A DNA stretch of 64,000 bases from Clostridia bacterium (GTDB lineage: Bacteria > Bacillota > Clostridia > Christensenellales > CAG-138). Under the pieces are notes generated by a model. That model ran no database searches and had not been told where the DNA came from. It worked only from the letters and a program-made list of their open reading frames with translations. Positions 18,657-26,015 of this stretch are shown here, one piece after another (positions within the stretch are counted from its first letter, which is position 1; each line of letters opens with the position of its first letter). The stretch is taken from the NCBI GenBank assembly GCA_045603585.1, contig JAZUMK010000027.1:17422-81421 (forward strand), read 5' to 3'. The translations under genes were made by a program, and so were the position numbers.

Positions 18657-19406
18657 ATGGCTGAAATTTTGCTTGAAGCAGACAATGTTGGCCTGATATA
18701 TCATCAACCTGACGGAGAAACCCTTGCTGTGGATAACATCTCCTTCAGCGTGAACCGGGGAGAGTTTTTGTCCATTGTTGGGCCATCGGGCTGTGGGAAA
18801 ACCAGTATCCTTTCCATGATAGCCGGACTAATTGCGCCCAGCCGCGGTACAATCACGCTGCACAGCCGCTATCGGCCCGGGTATATGCTTCAAAGGGATC
18901 ACTTGCTGGATTGGCGAAGCGTTGAAGGCAATGTGCTGCTTGGTCTGCAGGTAAAGGGTATTCTGAACGAAGCCAGCCGAACCTTTGCAAACAGCTTGCT
19001 GGAAACCTACGGCCTAAAGGATTTTGCCAACAGTTATCCCCGGCAGCTATCCGGAGGAATGCGGCAGAAAGTTGCCCTGATACGCACTCTGGCTTGCTCT
19101 CCGGAGCTTTTGCTTCTGGATGAGCCCTTCTCCGCCCTGGATTATCAAACCCGTCTGAAGGCCTGTGACGAGATGTACGGCATAATACGAAATGAAGGCA
19201 AGACCGCGCTGCTTGTTACTCATGACATATCCGAAGCCATATCCATGAGCGACAGGATACTGGTATTCTCTGCCCGCCCTGCAACCATAAAGGCGGAGCA
19301 TAAGATTATTCTGTCCGGCGGCAACACCCCTCTTGAGCGGCGAAACAGCCCTGAGTTCAAGGATTACTTTGACCAGATATGGAAGGAGATCGACCATGAC
19401 AGCTAA
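18657..19406 (+). CDS. ABC transporter ATP-binding protein (NitT/TauT nitrate/sulfonate/bicarbonate-type)
   Basis: 249 aa with Walker A GPSGCGKTS, signature LSGGMRQK and Walker B LLLLDEPFSALD. GGAGG lies upstream. Confidence 0.9.
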   Translation: MAEILLEADNVGLIYHQPDGETLAVDNISFSVNRGEFLSIVGPSGCGKTSILSMIAGLIAPSRGTITLHSRYRPGYMLQRDHLLDWRSVEGNVLLGLQVKGILNEASRTFANSLLETYGLKDFANSYPRQLSGGMRQKVALIRTLACSPELLLLDEPFSALDYQTRLKACDEMYGIIRNEGKTALLVTHDISEAISMSDRILVFSARPATIKAEHKIILSGGNTPLERRNSPEFKDYFDQIWKEIDHDS

Positions 19407-20202
19407 CACTATGTCACAGGAACATAAAAGCTATCTGAAAGCCATAAAACGCAATAACCGCACCGTCAGCTTTTTCAGATATTTTATCCTCCTTGCCATA
19501 ATCGCCCTGTGGGAGCTTGCGGCGAATATCGGCTGGATAGATCCCTTTATCATGAGTTCCCCATCAAGGGTTTGGGATACCATTATAAGGCTGTATGACA
19601 GCAATGATCTTTTTCATCATATTGCAGTAACCATGTATGAAACCATCGTAGGCTTTGTCTTGGGAACCATACTCGGCACATTGGCCGCAGTAATATTGTG
19701 GTGGAGCCGTTCCCTTGCAAGAATACTGGATCCGTATCTTGTTGTACTTAATGCATTGCCCAAAATTGCACTTGGGCCTATACTTATAGTTTGGTTTGGC
19801 GCAGGCGTAAAGAGCATAATCATAATGGGCCTGCTCATATCCCTTATTGTCACTGTGATGACAGTTCTGGCAGGGTTTAATGAAATAACCGGCGAAAAGC
19901 AGCTGCTTATGCGAACCCTTGGCGCCAACCGTCTGCAGATACTCACCATGGTGGTGCTTCCCGCATCCGTTCCAACAATAATGAGCGCGCTGAAAATAAG
20001 CGTTGGCATGAGCTGGGTGGGCGTAATCGTCGGCGAATATCTGGTATCACGGGCAGGTCTTGGTTATCTTATAGTTTACGGCAGTCAGGTATTCAAGCTG
20101 GATCTGGTCATGGCCAGCATAGTGATCCTGTGCGTATTGGCAGCAATAATGTACTACTGTGTGGCATATTTTGAAAAAAGGTTAATTAGGTGGCGGGAAT
20201 AA
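19396..20202 (+). CDS. ABC transporter permease (BPD_transp_1, NitT/TauT-type)
   Basis: About 6 TM helices with an EAA-like loop. I prefer ATG 19396 (GGAGAT upstream), which overlaps the ATPase stop. The longest ORF starts at 19333. Confidence 0.88.
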   Translation: MTANTMSQEHKSYLKAIKRNNRTVSFFRYFILLAIIALWELAANIGWIDPFIMSSPSRVWDTIIRLYDSNDLFHHIAVTMYETIVGFVLGTILGTLAAVILWWSRSLARILDPYLVVLNALPKIALGPILIVWFGAGVKSIIIMGLLISLIVTVMTVLAGFNEITGEKQLLMRTLGANRLQILTMVVLPASVPTIMSALKISVGMSWVGVIVGEYLVSRAGLGYLIVYGSQVFKLDLVMASIVILCVLAAIMYYCVAYFEKRLIRWRE

Positions 20203-20221
20203 AATTAACCTTTGGTTAATT
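20203..20221 (+). repeat. Inverted repeat AATTAACC-ttt-GGTTAATT
   Basis: Perfect 8-bp arms directly after the permease stop codon. Confidence 0.6.
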
Positions 20222-20247
20222 GAAAAGGATGTCTGAATTAAATATAA

Positions 20248-20274
20248 TTAAGCTGTGGATTTTCCGCAGCTTAA
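20248..20274 (+). repeat. Long hairpin TTAAGCTGTGGA-ttt-TCCGCAGCTTAA
   Basis: 12-bp stem (one G-U) with no U-tract, 25 nt before the oxidoreductase start. Confidence 0.6.
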
Positions 20275-20299
20275 GTTATAAAAGGAGAAGGCAGCGTCT

Positions 20300-21352
20300 A
20301 TGGCTTTTGACTATGATATTGCCATAATCGGCTCAGGGCCTGCCGGGGCCACCCTCGGAAGGCTTATTGACAGCAGCATACGTACAATAATAATAGATAA
20401 AAAATCCCACAGGCCCGGCAGCTTTTCAAAGCCCTGCGGCGGTCTTCTTGCGCCGGATGCACAAAAGTCACTTTCCAAGTATGAAATAACCCTGCCAAAG
20501 GAAGTATTGGTTGATCCTCAGATATTCTCGGTTAAAACAATAGACCTGCACTCCGGCCTTATCAGGCATTATCAGCGATGCTATATAAATATGGATCGGG
20601 ATAAGTTTGACAGGTGGCTGTGCAGTATGATACCGCACCAAGTTACCCAAACAGAAGGGCTGTGCAAGGATATATGTCCGCTGCCGGGTGGAGGATACTG
20701 CATCACCTATAATCAAAACGGAATACAGCATTCCATTACAGCAAGATACATTGTCGGCGCAGATGGCGCAAATTCCATCGTCCGCCGCAAGCTTTTCCCG
20801 GATAAGCAGTTTCGCCGTTATACAGCAGTTCAGCAATGGTTTATATGCAAAGACCAGAATCCCTTTTATTCCTGTATTTTTGACCCGGAAACCAGCGACT
20901 GCTGTTCATGGTCCATATCAAAGGATGGCTGCTTTATTTTCGGCGGCGCATTCCCTGTGGAAAATTCACGCAGCCTGTTTGAAAAGCAAAAGAATAAGCT
21001 TATCGATATGGGATTTCCTATAAGCAATCCTGTAAAAACAGAAGCCTGTATGGTATTGAGGCCGCGATCAATATTCGACTTTTGTACAGGAACCGGCGAT
21101 GCATTCCTTATAGGCGAGGCTGCAGGATTTATAAGCCCCAGCTCCCTGGAAGGCATCAGCTATGCCATGGACAGCGCCGATATGCTGTCATCGGCCTTGC
21201 TGAAATCCGACCCGGCCGCAGCCTACCGCAAAAAAGCACTAAAGCTTCGCCTGAAGCTTGCCCTCAAGGTATTAAAGTGTCCCTTTATGTATAATCCATT
21301 CCTTCGCAAGCTTGTGATGAAAAGCGGCATACAGTCTATTAAAGTAAAATAG
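20300..21352 (+). CDS. FAD-dependent oxidoreductase (geranylgeranyl-reductase/aromatic-ring hydroxylase-like fold)
   Basis: 350 aa with an N-terminal YDIAIIGSGPAGATLG dinucleotide fold and the GADGANSIVRR and GEAAGFISPSSLEGI motifs. Confidence 0.8.
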   Translation: MAFDYDIAIIGSGPAGATLGRLIDSSIRTIIIDKKSHRPGSFSKPCGGLLAPDAQKSLSKYEITLPKEVLVDPQIFSVKTIDLHSGLIRHYQRCYINMDRDKFDRWLCSMIPHQVTQTEGLCKDICPLPGGGYCITYNQNGIQHSITARYIVGADGANSIVRRKLFPDKQFRRYTAVQQWFICKDQNPFYSCIFDPETSDCCSWSISKDGCFIFGGAFPVENSRSLFEKQKNKLIDMGFPISNPVKTEACMVLRPRSIFDFCTGTGDAFLIGEAAGFISPSSLEGISYAMDSADMLSSALLKSDPAAAYRKKALKLRLKLALKVLKCPFMYNPFLRKLVMKSGIQSIKVK

Positions 21353-21355
21353 AGC

Positions 21356-21381
21356 AAAGGCACGGTTTATCCGTGCCTTTT
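21356..21381. terminator. Bidirectional rho-independent terminator between convergent genes
   Basis: AAAGGCACGG-tttat-CCGTGCCTTT, with an A-run on one side and a T-run on the other. Confidence 0.7.
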
Positions 21382-21385
21382 AACT

Positions 21386-21856
21386 TTAGAATATTCTTAT
21401 TATCTCTGAATCCGCCCATCCTTTGCCATCAGTAGTCAGCATGGCAAAGGTATATGGGGCACCCCGCCTTGGCTTTGTGGGGCTGCCGGGATTAAGTATC
21501 AGCATATCGGGATACTCGTCAATATCCGGTACATGGGTGTGACCGTATAAGGCAACTGTGCATCCCAGCTCCTGAGCCCTGTAGCTTAAACGGGCAGTAC
21601 CGCGGTTCACCTCATATGTATGACCGTGGCAGGCAAATATATTTATGCCGTCAATATGTATAACCTGCTCTGTTTCGCCGAAAAAGTCACAGTTGCCGGC
21701 CACCGAATACACCTGAGCACCGTTTTTTTCAAAGTCCGGTGCGTCTCTCAGGTTATCCCCAAGATGTATCCATACATCAACCTTCCCTGCCGCCTTTAAA
21801 ACCTGAGCGATTGCAAACTCATCTCCGTGAGTATCGCTTACAATGCCTATACGCAT
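21386..21856 (-). CDS. YfcE/MJ0936-family metallophosphoesterase (YsnB-like)
   Basis: It carries MRIGIVSDTHGD, GDN, GNCD, GHTH and LNPGS motifs. I chose the start at 21856, one nt after the rdgB stop. Confidence 0.88.
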   Translation of the reverse strand: MRIGIVSDTHGDEFAIAQVLKAAGKVDVWIHLGDNLRDAPDFEKNGAQVYSVAGNCDFFGETEQVIHIDGINIFACHGHTYEVNRGTARLSYRAQELGCTVALYGHTHVPDIDEYPDMLILNPGSPTKPRRGAPYTFAMLTTDGKGWADSEIIRIF

Positions 21857-21857
21857 T

Positions 21858-22451
21858 TTACTTTTCCTGCTCCAGTACGGCGCGCAGAGCCTCAAGGGCA
21901 TTTTTCCTGTGGCTTACGGTATTCTTTTCCTCGGCGGTAAGCTCAGCGAAGGATTTATTATAGGGTTCATAGAAGAACAGCGGATCATAGCCAAAGCCGT
22001 TCTCTCCCTGCAATTCATAAAGCAGCTTGCCTTCCACAGCGCCGCGAACCACGATAGGCTCCTTATCCTTACGCACCAGCGCAACTGCGCTTACAAAGCG
22101 GCAGGTGCGTTTTTCGGTGGGAACATCCTTCATGTTTTCCAATATCTTGGCATTGTTGGCCGCATCGTCATGGCCCTCGCCTGCATAGCGGGCGCTGTAA
22201 ACGCCGGGAGCTCCTCCCAGAGCATCCACCTCAAGGCCACTGTCATCAGAAAGAACAGCATCCGCTTCCACCGCATCAAATATCTCTGAGGCCTTTTTAA
22301 GCGCATTGCCTTCAAATGTATCCGCATCTTCTTCCACGTCTATTGATACGCCCGCTTCCCTGAGGGAAAGTATCTGCTGAAAATAGTCCCCAAGTATGGC
22401 CTTTATCTCGGTTACTTTATGCGCATTGTTTGATGCTATTATCAGCTTCAT
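21858..22451 (-). CDS. rdgB: Non-canonical purine NTP pyrophosphatase RdgB/HAM1
   Basis: MKLIIASNNAHKVTEIKAIL..., FGYDPLF and SHR motifs. AAAGGAG lies 8 nt upstream of ATG 22451. Confidence 0.92.
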   Translation of the reverse strand: MKLIIASNNAHKVTEIKAILGDYFQQILSLREAGVSIDVEEDADTFEGNALKKASEIFDAVEADAVLSDDSGLEVDALGGAPGVYSARYAGEGHDDAANNAKILENMKDVPTEKRTCRFVSAVALVRKDKEPIVVRGAVEGKLLYELQGENGFGYDPLFFYEPYNKSFAELTAEEKNTVSHRKNALEALRAVLEQEK

Positions 22452-22517
22452 GTCTGTTGCTCCTTTTGTAAGAAAAATCCACAGATATTTTAGCACATGA
22501 AGCCGGATTATTCCACT

Positions 22518-23456
22518 CTATCTGAATTCATTTACATACACAGGCCCAGATACAGCCTCTGTATGCATACTGTATTCCCTGCCATCCACATATACGTCCA
22601 CTCCGTAAACCTCTTCAAATTCATTGGCGCAAAGCTGGATGGCATTTCTTGCCGCCTCAAGCTTTCCTTCGGTATATTGCATATCTTCAAAGGCCTTGTT
22701 GAATTCAACCTTTGCAATGCCGCCGTCTATATAGGCCCCCATAAGCTCGGTGCCTTCCGGAAAGCAATCCAAAAGCTTTGCATCCTTTGGCCCTGATACC
22801 ATTTCCTGAATCGCCGCCGAAAAGGACGGAACTCTGTCTATATAGCGGGTTACGGGAATATTAAGGCTTGCGGATATATTTGGAAAATACAGCGTAAGCT
22901 TATTTACCGTTCCGGATACAGGCATCTCCCCCTCTTCCACGTTAAGGGCAATTTTCTCCATGGGCTTTGATATATCCGTACCATTGGGCATAGCCTTCTT
23001 TTCCTTGCCCTCCAGCGTTATTTTTACTGTTTCGATGGAATCAAATTCACTTAATGTATTTACTATCGCTGTTACCATAGCCTGCTCTTCTTCCGCTGTG
23101 CTGTGGCCTGCATAATTTTTTAAATCCAGCGTTGCCTGCTTGTCATCTCCTATGCGCAGGGTAAATTCAGTTCCGGTTGGTATTACGGTGCAAAGTCCCA
23201 TTGCGGATGCGCTTTTATCATTATCCTCTCCTGATACAAGGTAGCTTAGCGCTGCTTTGCCTATGCCTTCTTCCCAGGGTATACTCTTCATCACAGGCAC
23301 AATAAAGCCATCCTCCGTGGCAAAATACAGCGTTGTGCGGCGCATTCCGCTTTCGCTGTTCTGCTCGAATACAGCCGTTGTATCCTTACTGCCGCAGCCC
23401 CACGATACCAGCATCAATAACACACAGCATAAAACAATTTTTATCCTTCGACTCAT
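22518..23456 (-). CDS. GerMN-domain lipoprotein (GerM-like)
   Basis: It has a lipobox signal, MSRRIKIVLCCVLLMLVSWGC, and two GerMN-like halves. Its position upstream of rdgB matches the B. subtilis gerM-rph-rdgB-ysnB arrangement. Confidence 0.7.
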   Translation of the reverse strand: MSRRIKIVLCCVLLMLVSWGCGSKDTTAVFEQNSESGMRRTTLYFATEDGFIVPVMKSIPWEEGIGKAALSYLVSGEDNDKSASAMGLCTVIPTGTEFTLRIGDDKQATLDLKNYAGHSTAEEEQAMVTAIVNTLSEFDSIETVKITLEGKEKKAMPNGTDISKPMEKIALNVEEGEMPVSGTVNKLTLYFPNISASLNIPVTRYIDRVPSFSAAIQEMVSGPKDAKLLDCFPEGTELMGAYIDGGIAKVEFNKAFEDMQYTEGKLEAARNAIQLCANEFEEVYGVDVYVDGREYSMHTEAVSGPVYVNEFR

Positions 23457-23502
23457 AATGCCATCCTCCGGCGTTTTTTATAAGCCTATTCGGAGTATAG
23501 CG

Positions 23503-23545
23503 TTAAAATAACGCAGGCGTCCCCGTTTTTTGCGGGAAACGCCTG
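23503..23545 (-). terminator. Probable terminator after rqcH
   Basis: GC-rich interrupted stem CAGGCGT..CCCG / CGGG..ACGCCTG (23514-23545). On the minus strand the U-tract is weak (CGTTATTTTAAC). Confidence 0.45.
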
Positions 23546-23553
23546 TTTTGTGT

Positions 23554-25281
23554 TTATGATTTTTGTTTTATAGCCTTAACCTCGGCTGTATCCGGGGTTA
23601 CATAAGCTGTTCGGTTGGTAGTGTATATCACCATGCCCGGTTTGGAACCGGAGGGCTTTTTTACGTAGCGCTTTTCGGTATAATCCACAGGGATATTTTC
23701 GCCGCCTCTGCCCTTGCTGTAATATGCCGCAAGGAGCGCCCCCTCATAAAGGGTTTGCTTTGGAGGATCTTCCGCCTTGATTATTACATGGGAGCCGGGA
23801 ATATCCTTTGTATGCATCCAAATATCCTTTGGCCCGGCAAGCTTCAATGTGAGCATATCGTTTTGTCTGTTGTTTTTGCCAACGTATATCTCTATGCCGT
23901 CTGAAGAAATAAAGCACATGGGCTTTGATGCGGGAAGCCTTTGCACCTTTCCCTTTGGCCGCTTTATATACCCTTCATTCATAAGCTCGTCGCTCAGCTC
24001 ACGAAGCTCGGAATCGCCTGTACACTTATCCAGATTATCCAGCTGTCCCTCAAGGTATGCAAGCTCTTCCAACGTTTTTTCACGCTGTTCTGCCGCCATA
24101 TCTCTGGCAGCCTTTGCCTTTTGATATTTTTTATAGTATTTCTGTGCATTGTCGTTTGGCGACAGGCGGGAATCCAGCGGAATAACCATGGGTTCCGGAG
24201 GATCCATGTAGTAGTTGTAAACCGCCGCCTCACTGCTTCCCTGCTGAAGGTTATAGGCGTTTGCGGTAAGCAGTTCGCCGTACAGCCTGAGCTTTTCTAT
24301 ATCACCTTCTGAGCTTATGGCTTCATCCTGCATTGCCAGCTTCTTTTTGCAGCGTTCAATGTTATTCTGCAGGGTTTTTCGAATGCCTGCGCCCTGCCTG
24401 CGCATGCGATGAATAAGGTCTGTTTCGGCATAAAAGCTATCCAGCGCTTCGCCTATGGATGACATTCTGCGATATTCATATCCATACGGAATAAACGGAA
24501 GCACCCCTTCAGGTTCACCCTGTTCATCCACTATCATGGATGCATTTATGCGGCCCTGTGAAAGTTCACTGTAAAAATCACAAAAATCCGCTGCGGCCTT
24601 TTGCCGTTCATCCTCTGTAAGGTCTTCCCATCCCCGTCCCTCTATAATGCTGTCATACAGCTTTGCAGCAACGGACGGAGCAAGGCCGAAAAACCTGCCG
24701 GATAAAGCCTTGTCCGGCCGAACAGCGCCGCTTATCGCATTATAAAAATCCTCTGCAGAAGCCTGCATTGGGTCCTGTTTTTCCTGAGAGGGCGGAGCAA
24801 TGTATTCCAGTCCCGGCAATATGGTACGTACATTGGACATGCCAACGCCTACGCGTTTTATTGCATCCAGAATGATGCCCTTTTCGCTGATAAGGATTAT
24901 GTTGGAATACTTGCCCATTATCTCGGCGCAAAGAGTATAGGGAACCATGTCGCCGAGCTCATTCTGGGCTTCTATTGCAATATAAACCGAGCGGTCAAGA
25001 TTTGGCTGATCAATGGACAAAATCCGCCCGCCGGAAAGGCGCTTCCTCAGCAGCATGCAAAATGCAGGAGCTTCGATGGGATTCTCCCGCTTTATGCCTG
25101 TCAGCTGCAGCCTGCAATGCTCCGGAGACGCACAAAGAAGCAGACGGTAGTTTTCTCCGCCGCTTCTTACTGCCAGTATAAGCTCATCCTTGTCAGGCTG
25201 CTGTATTTTGTCTATTCGCCCCCCGATCAGCACCTTAGCTTCTGCTACTGCTGCGGCAAGGCTCAGTCCGTCCATAGCCAT
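23554..25281 (-). CDS. rqcH: NFACT-family ribosome quality control protein RqcH (fibronectin-binding protein A family)
   Basis: 575 aa with an NFACT-N domain (MDGLSLAAAVAE...), a coiled-coil middle and an NFACT-R C-terminus (IWMHTKDIPGSHVII). Confidence 0.88.
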   Translation of the reverse strand: MAMDGLSLAAAVAEAKVLIGGRIDKIQQPDKDELILAVRSGGENYRLLLCASPEHCRLQLTGIKRENPIEAPAFCMLLRKRLSGGRILSIDQPNLDRSVYIAIEAQNELGDMVPYTLCAEIMGKYSNIILISEKGIILDAIKRVGVGMSNVRTILPGLEYIAPPSQEKQDPMQASAEDFYNAISGAVRPDKALSGRFFGLAPSVAAKLYDSIIEGRGWEDLTEDERQKAAADFCDFYSELSQGRINASMIVDEQGEPEGVLPFIPYGYEYRRMSSIGEALDSFYAETDLIHRMRRQGAGIRKTLQNNIERCKKKLAMQDEAISSEGDIEKLRLYGELLTANAYNLQQGSSEAAVYNYYMDPPEPMVIPLDSRLSPNDNAQKYYKKYQKAKAARDMAAEQREKTLEELAYLEGQLDNLDKCTGDSELRELSDELMNEGYIKRPKGKVQRLPASKPMCFISSDGIEIYVGKNNRQNDMLTLKLAGPKDIWMHTKDIPGSHVIIKAEDPPKQTLYEGALLAAYYSKGRGGENIPVDYTEKRYVKKPSGSKPGMVIYTTNRTAYVTPDTAEVKAIKQKS

Positions 25282-25310
25282 CGCTTTTTATCCTTTGTAG
25301 CATGTCTTTA

Positions 25311-25328
25311 TTCGTACGCTCGTACGAT
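25311..25328. repeat. 18-nt palindromic element TTCGTACGCTCGTACGAT (copy 1 of 2)
   Basis: Identical to 44472-44489. The arms TCGTACG / CGTACGA are separated by 2 nt. It lies between the stop of the OB-fold gene and the rqcH start. Confidence 0.8.
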
Positions 25329-25341
25329 TGTTTATCATTGT

Positions 25342-25953
25342 CTATATCAATTCAATGGATGAACAGGAAACCTCGTGGGCCGTCCTGTCCTGCATTGTTC
25401 CATCCGGCAGCTGCTTTTGATATCTGCGGCTTTGTATCCGTCCAACGATCCTCAGCCTGCTTCCGACTGCCATTTCGCTGGCTATGCGGGCATTTCGCCC
25501 CCATGCTATGCATGGAAGATAGTCCGATTTGTTGAATGAGCGGTTGCACGCGATAAGCATATCCCCTATCTCCCGCATAAATGGTGTGGTGCGAAACACC
25601 ACAGGCTTACAGAGATATCCTGTAAGCGTCAGGGAATTTTCGGGAATGTCCTCTTCAAACATGGGCTGAATTGACCTTGCAAAAAGCGTTACGCACAGCC
25701 TGCTGCCCTGTTCATTATGGCGGGTATAGGAGCGCAGCTGCCCGGATACCGCAACACGGTCTCCCTCAGCCGGCATACAAAACACAAGCCGCCCCGGTAT
25801 GGTTACCGGAATACAGTCGATGGTGCCGCTGAGCCGAGGGACCAATATTGACGCTTTGTAAAAATCCTCACCGTACAGCTGATGGTCAAGCTGTGGGGCA
25901 GCCGCTAAAGTTCCGCTTATATAGGCATTGTTTTCATCTATGGATACCTTCAT
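25342..25953 (-). CDS. Tandem OB-fold, SSB-like protein lacking the acidic C-terminal tail
   Basis: 203 aa. Both halves show the SSB/PriB-type pattern. First half: NNAYISGTLAAAP...DCIPVTIPGRL...GDRVAVSGQLRSY. Second half: NSLTLTGYLCKP...DYLPCIAWGRNARIASEMAVGSRLRIVGRIQSRRY...HEVSCSSIELI. Confidence 0.55.
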   Translation of the reverse strand: MKVSIDENNAYISGTLAAAPQLDHQLYGEDFYKASILVPRLSGTIDCIPVTIPGRLVFCMPAEGDRVAVSGQLRSYTRHNEQGSRLCVTLFARSIQPMFEEDIPENSLTLTGYLCKPVVFRTTPFMREIGDMLIACNRSFNKSDYLPCIAWGRNARIASEMAVGSRLRIVGRIQSRRYQKQLPDGTMQDRTAHEVSCSSIELI

Positions 25954-26015
25954 ATAATTACCGTCCTTCGCCTGTTGTGAAAGATGGTATATAAATATTC
26001 GGTATCCGGCTGGGA

